Of a stretch of DNA of 64,000 nt, positions 24,950-37,857 are shown piece after piece. Source of the DNA: Carcharhinus amblyrhynchos. Taxonomy: Eukaryota. The stretch lies in contig OZ336871.1 of assembly GCA_965287045.1 (NCBI GenBank), forward strand, positions 90,272,001 through 90,336,000, given 5' to 3'. The translations under genes and the position numbers were made by a program. How positions within the stretch are numbered: the stretch's first letter is position 1; each line of letters starts with the position of its first letter. The notes under the pieces were generated by a model. The model was given only the letters and a program-made list of their open reading frames with translations, searched no databases and was not told the origin of the DNA.

Positions 24950-25750
24950 ATATCATGGTGATTGCAATCAAGATGGCAACACAAGCACTTTCAGGATTTT
25001 TAAGAAGCAATGGTATAAGCTCGAGGTACAGCACCTCATTGTTCCATTAGGCATTCCCCACTCGTGTGGATTCAACTTCAGGAGATTCAGGCTGTGACTT
25101 CTGCAGATATGTTTATTCCCTTTTCTTTGTGTGTTTCAGTTTTTCACTTACTTTTGTTTTTCAGACAGCAGCATACCATCTCGACACATATTTTGTTTCT
25201 TCATTTCTAATCTTGCTCTGTCACAATTTCCTTTGGCCATATCATGGGTGGCATAGTGGTTAGCATTGCTGCCTCACAGTGCCAGGGACCTGGGTTTGGT
25301 TCTTGGCGTGGGCTACTGTTTGTGCAGAGTCTGTACATTTTCCCTGTGTTTGTGGGGGTTTCCTCCAGGTGCTCCATTTTCCTCCCACAGTCCAAAAGAC
25401 CTGTTGGTTAGGTGCATTGGCCATGCTGAATACTTCCTCAGCGCACCCAAACAGACATCGGAATGTGGCCAGTACGGGATTTTCACAGTAACTTCATTGC
25501 AACGTCAATGTAAGCTTACTTGTGACACTAAAATAACTTTCTTTTAATTGTTCCAGTTTCCTCCCTATCACAGACTTTCCTTCTGTCCATTTTCCCACCA
25601 CTTGCAAAAACCTATTATAGTTTTAATTGTTTGCAGTTCTGAAGAAGGTTCCTTGATCTGAACCATTAATTCAGTGTGTCTCTCTGCAGATGCCACCTGA
25701 CGGCTGAGTATCTTCCTGTATTTATTACAGGTTTCCAACATCTATAGTAC
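24950..25750 (+). mobile_element. Penelope-like element 3' end, interrupted by a SINE
   Basis: GIY-YIG C-terminus-like YKLEVQHLIVPLGIPHSCGFNFRRFRL; after the SINE, the tail 'cagttctgaagaaggttccttgatctgaaccattaattc...cagatgccacctgacggctgagtat'. Confidence 0.7.
25243..25545 (+). mobile_element. HE1-headed SINE, class B tail
   Basis: tRNA-like head, V-domain and 'ttttcacagtaacttcattgcaacgtcaatgtaagcttacttgtgacac' tail. Confidence 0.88.
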
Positions 25751-26864
25751 AGAAAAGGACTTTACCCCATTTCCAACATCCATAGTACAATAATGTTCCT
25801 GCAAAATCTGGCAAACAGCAAAATCATGACAGGGGCCATATTTTTGAATGTGGCTCAATTAGATGGATTCCAGCTCTTTGAAGGCAGCACTGGTTTGGGC
25901 AAATTGTAGCTTGCAGTGGAGTACCTGTATACATCAGTCGGGGGAGCCTCTGTGCAATACATTGGTGAAGATTTAAAATTGAACAGAGTCATTGCTGCAG
26001 TTCTGAACCCAGCAATCCAGACCTTTCCAGGTTAATCCTTGTTTCAGGCTGCGCCTCAGCTGAAACCATCTACTCCGTCATAACGGGGAAAGAAGAGAGA
26101 GGGAGAAGAAACCACGGATGAGCGAACATTGCCCACGTGATGTGCGATGTGGTGTACAAAGAACAATGTGCAGTTAGATGAACATGCAAAGTGGGAAGTC
26201 ACAAACCGTAGGACTTTTACAGTATTTTGCTTTTCAATTAGTATCGTTTTAAACTTGTGGGTTCACCTCAGAGTTCAAATTACAGTTCCTAATGCTTTGG
26301 GTTTGTTGCCTGGCTATACAATGCTACCTGAATTCATTAGGGTAATTCATTTCTTATAGTTGTAATACAGAAATTGCTTTTAAAATATAATGCTCTTGGC
26401 AAATAAATGCAAAATACAAATACTTTGTAACCTGTCCGAATCTAAAATATAAAGCCAATTAAGAGGCCACACTTAGGACGATATGTGGACTGGACTTGAG
26501 AGTGGGGTTAGGACCTCTATTAGTTCCTAATGGGAGAATATTTTCAAAAGTAGACTTCTATTAAACACTACCCATTAGCTACTGAGTGCTGCTGGGTGAA
26601 TAGCTGATGATGGTCTCACTTTAACTCCAGAAGACCTGGAAAAATGATTAGTGGGACTTGAGAGAGATTGCAACAAAAATGTGGCAAAACTTCAGAACAA
26701 GTAACAGATGGTCCACTGGGAGAGAGGGAGGGAAGGTTTTGCACAGGAAAAAGAAAGTAAGGGTGCAGGAAATAGATCAAACCTTGTTGAGCGCCCTGCC
26801 AACCGCACCTCAGTTAAGGAAAATGACAGGTATGTCAGAAGCACCAGTTTCAAAGGTGGCATCA

Positions 26865-27030
26865 TCAGAAGAGATGTGACAAAGGCAGAGTAACTGGGAG
26901 AATGGGTGTACTGATCTCAACCTCACAGGCATTTCCTGCAAACTTCCCCTGGACCATGACCCCACCACCAAACAGCAAGCTATTGTTTCCAAGACTGTCA
27001 TTGATCTCATCATCTGGAGACCTTGCCAAG
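26865..27030 (+). mobile_element. Penelope-like ORF fragment
   Basis: Translates as PLDHDPTTKQQAIVSKTVIDLI..GDL, typical of the region N-terminal to the Penelope RT. Confidence 0.7.
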
Positions 27031-27398
27031 GTGGAACTGTCAGGGGAAACAATCTGATATGATCGTTCCTGATTTCTCTCCAAATTCCATCTCCAAGCTG
27101 ATCTCCACAGATCTCATAAGATGATGCACAGCATGCATGGTATTGAGATTGTGACTCAAATTCAGGTACAGTCCAATTTCTAGACTGATATCTTGAATAA
27201 ATATGAAACAGTAAAAAAAACAACTCAAAATGAAATGTAAAAGAAATCATACAATCTAATACAAATTATAGAATGTGGAAAGATGGCAAAAGAGAAACGA
27301 GAGCTCAATAGACATTTGACTGGGCATGAAATTCCTTATTGAATGAAATGCAACATGAAGCTCATGGCTTTAAAACATGTTTTTAAAGAAGAGGATTT

Positions 27399-27870
27399 CA
27401 TAAGACCATAAGAAATAAGAGCAGCAGTGGACCATTTGGCCCATCACACTTAGTCAGCTTGTCAATAAAATTATGGTTGGTCTGGTTGTGACCTTAACTC
27501 CACTTTCCTGCCTGGCTCCCATAACCCTTGACTCCCCCCCCCCAGGTCAAACCTGTGTCTGAGTCAGCCTTGAATATATTCAATAATCAACCTCTACTAC
27601 TTTTTGGAACAGAGAATTCCAAAGATTAACAACCGTCTGAGAGAAAAAATTCCACCTTAATTCCATCTTTCACAAAAACACAGGAAGACAGGAATGAAGA
27701 GCTGGAGTAGGCCATTCGGCCCCTCACATCTGTTCTGCTATTTGATAAGATCATAGTTGATCTAATTGTTGGCTTGACTTGATTTCCCTGTCCACCCCCA
27801 ATAACCTTTGACTCCTTGTTAATCAAGAATCTATCAAATTCAGCTTTAAAAATATTCAATACCCATGACA
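27399..27870 (-). mobile_element. Two tandem CR1 3' end fragments
   Basis: Tails at 27399 (cataagaccataagaaataagagc) and ~27690 (gagctggagtaggccattcggcccc); ORF motif LNIFKAEFDRFLINK. Confidence 0.85.
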
Positions 27871-27939
27871 ATTTCATTGGCTCTTCAAAGATTATAGAGA
27901 TGAAAGAGGAATTTTATAACTGTATATATTTTATAACTG

Positions 27940-28217
27940 TGGCATGGTGGCACAGTGCTTAGCACTGCTGGTTCACAGCACCAGGGACCCGGGTTCGATT
28001 CTGGCCTTGGGTGACTGTCTGTGTGGAGTTTGCAGGTTATCCCTGTGTCCGCGTGGGTTTTCTCCGAGTGCTCCGGTTTCCTTGCACAGTCCAGAGATGT
28101 GCAGGTTAGGTGGATTGGCCTTGTGCATTATGCCTTAATTTCCCAAGATGTGTAGACAAGTCAGTGCAAATCCGATGGGCTGAATGGCGTCCTGCTGCAT
28201 CGTAGGGATTATATGAG
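27940..28217 (+). mobile_element. HE1 V-SINE with internal deletion, CR1-like tail
   Basis: 'ggcatggtggcacagtgcttagcactgc...gggttcgattc', V-domain and 'gatgggctgaatggc...gtagggattatatga'. Confidence 0.9.
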
Positions 28218-28970
28218 TTTTTTAATGAAAAGACAGTACTCCACACACATTCAATGTAATGCTGGCAGCATGACATTTTTATGCCACATCCTCATTATCA
28301 TCATTTTAATGTCTTGCAGTCGTTAACTGTGTTACTAGTTGTCTGAATGCATCAGCAGGAGTTCCAGAATTGTTACTTGCTAGCACTAGTCTGCATTGCT
28401 TGAATTGCATTGTGGCAGGAGCTGGTGCTGAGAGTCCTTTATCTATTGAATCGGATCTGGGGAAAGGGAGAAAAATAAGCAAACATGGGAGAGAACAGGC
28501 ACATTAGGTTCTCCAAGGCTGCACTGGCTTCTTGGTGGAGGAGACGGAAATAAGAAGGACTGTCTTGTATCCAGCAGGACCAAGCACAGGCAGAGGGAAC
28601 AGATAACTGCAGTAGTATTGTCCGATATTAACTGGGCCCGTACTAATCCAAGTCATGGCAGAAATGTGCTCATGTTCCACGGATGCCTTTTTAGATTCAT
28701 TAAGGCATTCATACCATCAAAATAAATAGTTTTTCAACCAAAGATTTTTAGGCTAAATTCTGTGATTGGGAGTGGCTGACACAGATTAATGCAAGTATCA
28801 AAGTGTAGTTTCTTAAATATATAAACATTGTTGCACTCGTACAAAAAAAATCTAAGGAATTCCTTGCCAACATCAACAATCTAAAGACTTAAAGAGATAA
28901 CCATCCCTTTCGTCTTTAATCAATTCATGGTCCTGATACACAGTTTACATTATTCAATATTCCTGTTTAG

Positions 28971-29001
28971 GATGTTCTGCACGCAGCCACATTAGAGATT
29001 G
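28971..29001 (+). CDS. Candidate micro-exon (31 nt)
   Basis: Acceptor 'tattcctgtttag|', weak donor 'TTG|gtaaaa'. Phase-0 frame DVLHAATLEI is compatible with exon 7203-7261. Flanked by CpG-retaining sequence not recognised as repeat. Confidence 0.3.
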
Positions 29002-29532
29002 GTAAAACATGATGAATAAAATGATTTCGAACTTATTATTCAAATGATTAAAATATGCAGACTGCGGAGCGAAGATTCGAATGAGCCACATCACTGCAAG
29101 CTTAGCTTTGACGATGTCATACTTTTCATTGACAACAATTGGCATTTAGATGAGTCACGGGGAATGCATTTTGATTCACCATTCATTCTATTTAAGTTCC
29201 TTTCAGGATGCTAAACTTGTGAATGAATAAGGAATTTTGTTTAGTCTTGCAAAGAGACAGTTATCAACAATTAGCCTTCTCAGTTATTGACCTGACACAT
29301 TTTTGTCCTATTGACTCAAACTGTAGGCTAAATTCGATTGGTTTTGCATTCTGAAGTGAAGTTATCAGGAGTGAGTGTATTACCATATTTGTGAATCATT
29401 GCAGGACTTCTTCCTTCTCTGGTCTATCACACAAGATTCCAGAGCTCAAAGGCTCAAGCACTGGCATGCTCCTTGCATCTTTTGTTATCCATCCAAACAT
29501 GACATTAAGGGAAGTACAATGATCAGACTCTA

Positions 29533-29607
29533 TGGGTGGGATTTTCTGATCAAGCTCGTCCTAGTGAGCTACGATTTCCATGATGGGCCGGGTGGGAAAA
29601 TTTCCCC
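29533..29607. mobile_element. Small inverted-end MITE-like element
   Basis: 'gggtgggattttc...gaaaatttcccc' inverted ends; similar elements at ~8161-8265 and ~19990-20110. Confidence 0.5.
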
Positions 29608-30399
29608 TTATGAGGAGATGCTGGGCAGCAGATATATCTCAGGATTGCCTGCTGAGTGCACGACTTTCATCCACATGACACTGAGCTGCATTCGCCTAGG
29701 TGTAGGTATTGCAGCTCCACAGGCCACGTCTGCTGCAAGAAATATTGTTCATCTGCTGTTCCTGCTACTTTGGCAGCATTTGCATTCCAATGGCAGAGGA
29801 TGTGCTTTATGAGAGAAGCAGAGGTTTACGAAAGCTTGGAATGTTGTTTATAGCGCCCAGTTCAGAAACTGAACCACTGGCTAGAATGAATGGTGCACAA
29901 GTTATTAACAGAGTTGTTGTGGCATTGTTGTCGGCTTAATTTACATGTTTACCAGCACATAAAGTCCTATAAGCATGTAGAGGGTGTAAAATCTTAAGCC
30001 ATGTCACTTTCAGCATTGTGGACATGGTTTGATTGTGGACAATGTAGAGATGTTAGTACCTCTTTTATAGGCACTGGTATTTATGTGGTGGGCCAGGTTG
30101 TGAAGGACGTCTTATCATGCGTGTTCTTAAGATGTTGAAACTGTTGTCATGATGAGGGTTTCAGCCATTTTAATGTGACTGAGTCATTGATGTTGATGCC
30201 CTCTCTTGTGGGGGAAGGCATTTCCCTGAGTAATTGTGGTATCAATGTTAAAGGTTCTGTACTTGGAAGTTTCTCAACTAGGGACTGTTTGGTGGCTAGT
30301 GAGATAGGAGGACCTTACATGCATTGATTTTGCAAAAGTACAGGTCTGAAGATAATCCTCTCCTGTATAGTGCCAGGCTTGTCTCCCAATGGGTCTGCC

Positions 30400-30910
30400 A
30401 TTGGCCACCTCCTCGTCCAGTTTGGAATCTTTCAAATGGATAGAGATGTCCTCCTCTCTTCCATCTTCCTCCTCAGAGGTTGGAGTTCTCTCCATTACCT
30501 CATCATCATCAATGTGTAGGCTGTGCAATGTTGTGCTATTCTTGATAGCTTTGCTGGGGCATATTACAGTGCTCCACATGAGTAATCGAGACACCTGAAG
30601 CATATTTTTAGCAGATCAATAGCCTGATTGATTCTCATCCTAGTGACGAAATGGCTGCCGTTGTATTTGCACTCTGCCTCAGTTTGAGGAGTCGAAAAGG
30701 GAGTCAATAACCAGGTTCGGAATGATGCTTATCTGCACAGCCATTGGTAGGGCATGGGGGTTGATGGGTTGTGGTTGCTGCTGGATTATGTAACATATGT
30801 CTATCAGCCTCTCATGGCTAAGCCTCAGTTACCTTAGGCACAAGTTCACCATCATACTGAGGTAGGATGTCCTAGGTTTATACACTCTATCCATAGGATC
30901 GTACTAGTCT
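30400..30910 (-). pseudogene. PIF/Harbinger DDE transposase remnant (HARBI1-like), internally deleted
   Basis: Minus strand RVYKPRTSYLSM...LRLSHERLIDICYIIQQ...HALPMAVQI joined directly to RTWLLTPFSTPQTEAECKYNGSH..TRMRINQAIDLLKICFRCLDYSCGAL*YAPAK, then an acidic tail DDDE...EEEDGREED. Confidence 0.88.
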
Positions 30911-31901
30911 GGCCCATATCTCCTCTTCCACCTCCCTGGTGTGTGTGTGGCACCCTCTCCTTTGAGCTGCTCTGCCTCTGGCCTCTGCTCAAATTGCCTG
31001 GCTTCTATGGCATTAATGTGTAAGGGTGTTGTGCCCATCTTATGTGTTCCTTTGCATGAAGCACAATATGCCCACCTCTAGCAGGAAGTTCTTCCTAGCA
31101 TCTGGGTGCATCAGAAGGGAGAATAAAAACTGCTCTTCAGTCCAAAAGGTCCACCCCCTAAGACATTTGGATTAAAACGATGCAGTTTGAACTTAGCTTT
31201 TGTCAATTCAAAGGCAGTTAATGTAAGTTTAAAACAAATTCCACAGGGATACCTGCACACCTCCAAAGAAATACACAAAATTTAGACCTGCTACTACAGC
31301 TACACTCTGCACATGTCGTGTTTCAAACATCCGGGAGACCAAAATCCTACTTGAGTCAAGACAGCTACTATATGGGCAGCTGTCCCCATGAAACAGAGGT
31401 GCGCGTACTTGACGTGGGCCCATTCCTGCCCCATGAAAATGGTTTCAAGGGAGGATTCCAATTCCTCTGTCATAGCAAAAATTCAGACCCCAATCTTCAT
31501 TTGGTGTGTCCAGTGTAGAGGAGACCACATTGTGGATAATGAATACAATGTACTAAATTGAAAGATGTACACATAAGTTGCTGTTTCACCTGTTTAGGGC
31601 CTTGGATTGTGAAAAACAGGAGGCAAAAAAGTCAAGGGTTACATCTCCTGCAGACAATTTGTAGTTTTGTGAAGCTGAAGTTAATTGCCTTCTACTAAGT
31701 TTGTTCGTAATCTGGAAAGTGATCCCATAAACTTTACCATTAATATCAACAGATGTGTAGGTAACAATTCCATACACACTTTCGAATTTTAGCAAATTAA
31801 CTTTTAACTTGTTTATATGATATTTTTCTGTCTTCTCAGTTATTTTGAGGTGTTAACCCATTTAAAACTGACATATTAATTCTTCTTTTAAAAAAAAGCT
31901 T

Positions 31902-32174
31902 AAAGTATATTTATTAGTCACAAGTAAGGCTTACATTAACACTGCAATGAAGTTACTCTGAAATTCCCCTAGTTGCCACAGTCTGGCGCCTGTTTAGGTC
32001 AACACACCTAACTAGCAAGTCTTTCAGAATGTGGGAGGAAGCCGGAGCACCTGGACAAAACCCATGCAGAGACAGGGAGAATGTGCAAACTCCACACAGA
32101 TGGTGATCCAAGCCAGGAATCGAACCAGAGTCCCTGGTGCTGTGAAGCAGCAGTGCTAACCACTGTGCTACCAT
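31902..32174 (-). mobile_element. HE1-headed SINE, class B tail
   Basis: Same structure as 5632-5901 in reverse orientation. Confidence 0.9.
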
Positions 32175-32979
32175 TCTGTATTTTATACAGTTACGTTGAG
32201 TTGATTTGATAATTTTTCCAGTTATGATGAGTTACAATTATTACTGGCCTGTGTTAAACCTGGGCGGTAATTCTGAAGTTTGAGATTATGGGCTTTGGGA
32301 TTTGAACAAATAGCAAATCTGTCCACAGTGTTGCTGGAGCATCGATTTTCCAGACTCCTCGATCAAGCTCCCAGACATTTGGAGAAGATTTATTCGTCTG
32401 GTAGCAATAAGGTCTATTTTTAGAAGTCGCCATATTTTGTTTGTATAATTAAAGAGGCATCTGGTCAGCATCCCATCCATTGAACCAACATTTTTGTGAG
32501 ACTTTGCATCTGCTTACAATATGGCTGTCTATGAAATGTGTATAGCACAAAGTAAGATGATTCTTACCAAATGACCATTATCAAATATCTAGTGATAATC
32601 TGTACAATTAATGAGTTTGTATCAAATTCATGGTTGATGCGCTGTTTCTATTTCAGGTTTGAGTATCATGTTATTCATTGCCTGTAACAGACTCCAGATA
32701 AATTACTTTAAATTAGACTCCAGTAGAGTCACTACAGGAGTCTTCTCATCTGTTATGGGTTGATGGGGGGGGAAGAAAAATGTTGCTTTGTAACATATGT
32801 TTCACATTATCTCACCATGTAAGGAGATTTCAAGTTGTGCTCAGAACATCTTGCTGGTATTAAAACAAAGTTATATATTTAATTGAAGATACAGGAATGA
32901 AGGACTGGAAAAAATCCAGCTGGTTCATCGCATCTGTTCATGACAGGATATCATCGCCATCATCCACCCACCCTGGGGC

Positions 32980-33215
32980 TTGTGGGTGACTTGTTGGTCT
33001 CATGCCGATAGCAAGCTCCCCATAGTATTCATTTGGCTGCATCCGTCATTCATTTCTGCTCAGATGAAACAGTCAATGGAGTCGCCGTTGACTTTAAAGG
33101 CAAACATGCTGGGGATCCCTTCATGTTGCTGCACTTTCATATTTGGCACTCTGTCCTGTCAGGAGATGCCCCACATTCATCTCAGGAGTTGGAAGCCGTT
33201 CAGCCACTTTTCTCA
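32980..33215 (-). mobile_element. RTE LINE 3' ORF fragment
   Basis: Minus translation WLNGFQLLR*MWGIS*QDRVPNMKVQQHEGIPSMFA resembles the RTE RRILGISWQDRVTN motif. Confidence 0.75.
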
Positions 33216-34239
33216 GTATAAGGTGGAAAAAAAACAACCTTGGACACACCCAAATGGAGATGTCTCTGTCATCAAACAATTATGACATCCAAGGAGCAAG
33301 AATCCAGTGCCTTCAGGACAGGAGAGCATGGCGTAAAGCCAGTGTGCTATCCTTATCTTCAACACTGACTTCATATGCAGTGTTTGCAATTAGTTATGCA
33401 AACCGAAACTTGATTAAGGTTAAGCATGAGGTGACATCAAATCAGGCTATAAACCATTTATTTTCTCTTGCTGAACACTTATCTGTTGAAGCAACAGGAG
33501 AACCCATCAGAAACTACCACAGTGTGGTGTTAATACTGAAACATTCCTTTATACATGAAACAGAACAAGTAGAATATTTATTTCTGCCCTAGGGAAGAAA
33601 CCACGCACCACCAAGCCATGAAATTTCAATCCATTATTGGAGTCATTATGCTCTGATTACTCTCTTGTGATGTGCCTTGAGATGTTTCATTACTTTGACA
33701 GCAATGTGCAAATGGAAGATATTAATGCAGTAACATTGATGAGGTTAATTATCTAAACAGTTTTCCTTGGGTATGCTGTTGTTTCTCCATCTTTCCTTGG
33801 TGTCTTTTAACTTCTGGGATGACAGAAAACTACATAATAAAATCAACATGAAATATGTCACCATTAGCTTGTTCTGCTGAAGATGAAATAATGTCCTCAT
33901 TCCCATTTGTAAGTCTGAGGCACTTCCTCCAAGTCCCTCTTTTGATCATGCAGAATTTCCCCATCAGTAAATCTTGGATTTGGTAACATGCAAAACATAG
34001 TTTCTCTCAGTGCTTTACTAGATGGTTTTGGAAAAGTTATTTATGAAACATTTCTCCATATAAACTTTGAGGTTTCAGTCTTAAGGTTGTCTTTGACCCA
34101 GGTCCATCTTGGAAGTTGTGACCGTCTGCAAATCTCCTTTCAGGGTTTTGTGGTGGTGGTTCCATGGATACTATGGCAATGCATGTTTTTCTTTTATTTA
34201 GCTTTATTGCCAGGGTTGGCTGTGCCAACAGTCTTGGTT

Positions 34240-35100
34240 TAGTTATGTCTGTGTTCTGTTCATAGCATTTCTTCTGGAGATGACTAACTACAAACACCAT
34301 GTCAGTGTTTCCTGGGCCTTCACTGAAACCATACTAATTCCCTGGCAATGGGTATTGGGCAAGCTGTTGCACTAGACAGTTCAGAAGGAAAGATTTTATC
34401 AGACAATGGAAGGGAATGAGATGCCTGTATGACTGTATGTCACAGATTTGCATTCCTTTCCACTTGTACAGGTAGACAATGTAGGCATCTTGATATTCTT
34501 GTGGGATGGTTCCCTGAGCCGACATAGACTGAAACAGTTCAGTGATCTTCTTGGCCCGACATTGACCTCCAGCCTTGTAGACTCAGATGGAATAACATCA
34601 GCTCCTGGAGCTTTTCTGCTGCACGGGAGGTCAATAATGTTCATCATTTCTAACAGTGTGGGAGGATCATCAGGCAATTGATGACAACCTGTGGGACTTT
34701 GTTTATTGCTCCTTCATTGGTGGATGAAGATTGATTGAGGAAGTAGTTAATGTACCCTGTCTATCAATTGATCTTTCATAACTAAGGGTTACATTATTAC
34801 ACTAATAGATTGGAGACAATAGATGGGGTGCAGATCACCTTTTCCATCTTTGTAGTCTGCACATAACTGAAGTCTGTCTGCTTTATCAGTCAGTACGTTT
34901 CTTGTATCTCTCTGAGCTTGTATTCGACAGGCCTGTGGATGCTTTATTAGGCATCGTACATGAATTGTGATGGCTTGTCAGTGAGGTAACTCCCGTAGAA
35001 GTGATGTTTCTCTTCCAGCAATTTTTGGATTAACTCATTGTTTTCATCAAACCATTCTTGAAGATAATGAGAGGGAGAACCAAGGGCCTCCGCAGTGGCA
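34240..35100 (-). mobile_element. RTE (BovB-like) LINE ORF fragment
   Basis: DDPPTLLEM...SRKAPGADVIPSE and IPQEYQDAYIVYLYKWKG; upstream QEWFDENN motif near 35040-35060. Confidence 0.82.
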
Positions 35101-35109
35101 GAGCGCACT

Positions 35110-36130
35110 ATGGCCAATAATCACCCGATTGCACTCTTGGTGCTCCCGCCAGTGGGAAAACTGGAGTGTTTCCTGTTGGCATTAGCAGTGTCCGTCAGGT
35201 GGGATTCATCCACCTTAATCATTTAAATTTATAAATGTCTCAAGTCACAGTGGCCAGCCCAGCTTTACAGAAATGGCAGTGCTGTTTTTAAAGGGTGCCC
35301 TGATCTCAGCACTGAGAGACAGCCCTCTCTCCCCCCACATCAGACATTACAACCCCTGCTGGGTTGTAAGGCGAGCGCTCCCAACCCTTCAACACAAAAA
35401 GGGATCCTACATTCCATCACTGAAAACATGGGTCAGTATATCCTCCACATAGTGCAGGCATGAGGGTGACCCAAACCCTCATCCCAGCTAGAGGCTTTAC
35501 CACCTCCCACCCAGCCAGAAGAGAGACAGTTTGAGATGGGGTGCCAGGCAGTGACAACTTGATCTGGTGCCTTGGATACCAATGAGGGGATGGAGGCTGG
35601 GAGATAAATGCTATGCCTTTGTGCCCCTCTGGCACTGCCAGCTGCAGAGGGACAGACCCTAAAGAACCTGGGGATTGGGTGGGCTTGGGCTGGAGACAGG
35701 AAGTTGTCCATCTCAGGATGGTGCTTTCAGACACCATTCTAGGAAAAATGTTTATGATATTTCTGTGCTTTAAAACCTTTTGAAGTGCCCTGGTCACTTT
35801 GATATCCATTCTTCAAGGACACATGGAAGTCTTCGAAATTAGGGCAGCAATCCATTCCACATAAGGAATGGCCCTGGTTTAATGTCATAAGCAGCAGGTA
35901 TTAAATGACTCCTTTGAAGTGCTCTATAGAAAGGACCTGTCAGTTTTATCAGGAATCTCTCCTTGCTTTCTCTCATAAGGCCCAATTGCTCTGAACTCCC
36001 TTTGAAGTGTTTTTTTTGGACAGCAGGGATTGAGTTTAACAGGGGAGTTCCCCTGTAAAAGAGTAGCATCTGGTGTCTGACTCCTTTGAAGTGCTCTGAT
36101 TGACAAGTTGGATCATTTACCTTGTAGCCA
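35110..36130. mobile_element. Probable non-autonomous Harbinger-related element
   Basis: GC-richer island whose left end resembles those at 16936 and 40768; contains repeated 'ctttgaagtg' motifs. Confidence 0.4.
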
Positions 36131-36399
36131 GGCCTATGTCCCTGAATGTCCCCCAGTCACCGTCAATGCAGTGTGGCCATTTTTGCAAATGCTTGAAGCA
36201 TCTGACTGAATGGTACAGCCAAAGAGTGAAGGGTTGATAACCCAGAGGTCAACAAATCAAAACTGTTCTCTGCTGCAGTAAGATAAACGTTTTTCGTTAA
36301 CATAAAAGGGTGTTCAAAGGTTGAGGCATATTTAACAGTCAAAAATTTCTCAGAGAAATGGCGGGCTGGTTTAGATGAAAGAAAAAGTCTTGGCTGAAG

Positions 36400-36865
36400 A
36401 GCTAATGAATCATTCGCATCAGCATTTAATGAGAAAAATGGATTTTGCCATAGCAATGGTAAATAGGGTGTTTTCTGGGATGCTGAATGACAAGGAAATA
36501 TATAAAGAGGTGATGTTAGAAAGTGGATAAATCACCCAGCCCAGATGGGATAATTTCTCAATTTCAGAGGAAAGTAAAGGTTGAAGTTGCAGAAATACTG
36601 GCAACAAACTTCCAATCCTCCTTAGATAAAGGGGTGCCAAAGGACTGAAAATTTGAAATGTCGTAACTTTGCTCAAAAAAAGGGAAAAGGATCACCCTAA
36701 GAATTATAGTCCAGTCAGTTTAATGTCATAGTGAGGAACATTTTAGAAACAATACTCCATGGGAAAATCGACTGCTATTTAGGCAAACATGAGCTAATAG
36801 AGGAGAAACAGCAGAAAATTGTTAAAGTCAAATCGTGTGTGACTAGCCTGATTTTTTTAGTTGAA
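36400..36865 (+). mobile_element. CR1 LINE RT N-terminal fragment
   Basis: KREKDHPKNYSPVSLMS...ILETI...VKVKSCVTSLI motifs. Confidence 0.8.
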
Positions 36866-37117
36866 TATATCATAATAATGAAGAAAAAACATCAAATTGT
36901 GTCTGAAAATATTGAACTTTGAATAAGACCTATGAGTTTTTAAAAAATGGACAAAGCAGACCAAAGATGGTTCAGTCACTGGCTAAGTTGCAGGTGGGTG
37001 ATACTCTGAGGGACAATGGAACCCCACCTTGTTTCTAAAACATCCAGAAACTAATTGCCATCTCTGGAGGAGACAATGGGAGGCCATGAGAGATGAGTAT
37101 CACCTCATCAAGCTATA

Positions 37118-37118
<1 letters not shown>

Positions 37119-37180
<62 letters not shown>
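37119..37180. repeat. (TG)31 microsatellite
   Basis: Perfect dinucleotide run. Confidence 0.98.
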
Positions 37181-37183
<3 letters not shown>

Positions 37184-37199
37184 ATGTCAATGCTGGGTG

Positions 37200-37857
37200 T
37201 CAGAACATGGGTCATACAGAAGCAAAAGTCACCCAGTAGCAGCAGCACCCCTGCAAAAGCTTTGTGCATGTATGTCTCCATCTTTCTCTGATTGTTGTAG
37301 TTAGCCAAGTCAGCAAAGACCACAGCTGTGATGGAAATAGAAAGCTCCTTTGCCAAACTACAGAACATCAGAATCTTAAAACTGACTATTCATCTGCTGA
37401 AGTCAGCACTTCTGGAATCTTGAGTCATAACAGCCACAATGCTCAGTATCTACTCCTCATGAGCCAAGCACTATTTTGTATTCCTTTTGTTACTTATTTA
37501 CTTTGGTTTCACTTCTCACTTCTAATCCATTTGAATATATATGCATATGTTTTATCATTTTCTTGTCTTTAGCAGTTGATAAACTCATTCTATCTTGAAT
37601 TTGAGAAAACCTGGTTAAGTTGTGCCTTTTAAAAAATAAACATTGGAACTCAGAAAAAAGACCACAAATGGTCAGATTCTTTTTAGATTAATCTTGTTGT
37701 GATTAGCAGAGGGGTTGGTTTAAAAAAAGGGAGTCAGTTCATTCCTCCTCACCCAGAGCGAAACAGTGTGTTGGTATCTCAGCCGGACACTAATAAATTG
37801 AGGGATCTTACCCAATTTTACAAATTTGGGAACTTAATTGGGGGACTGGTCATAACA
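37200..37857 (+). mobile_element. Possible large LTR (5' boundary unclear)
   Basis: Contains AATAAA (~37635) and ends 'gggactggtcataaca', an LTR-type terminus. Confidence 0.35.

Noticed and set aside
30400-30910. Host HARBI1 gene
   Set aside because: In-frame stops and loss of the catalytic core indicate a transposon relic, not the domesticated gene.
37108-37368. ORF with an (HT)n repeat
   Set aside because: Translation of the (TG)31 microsatellite.
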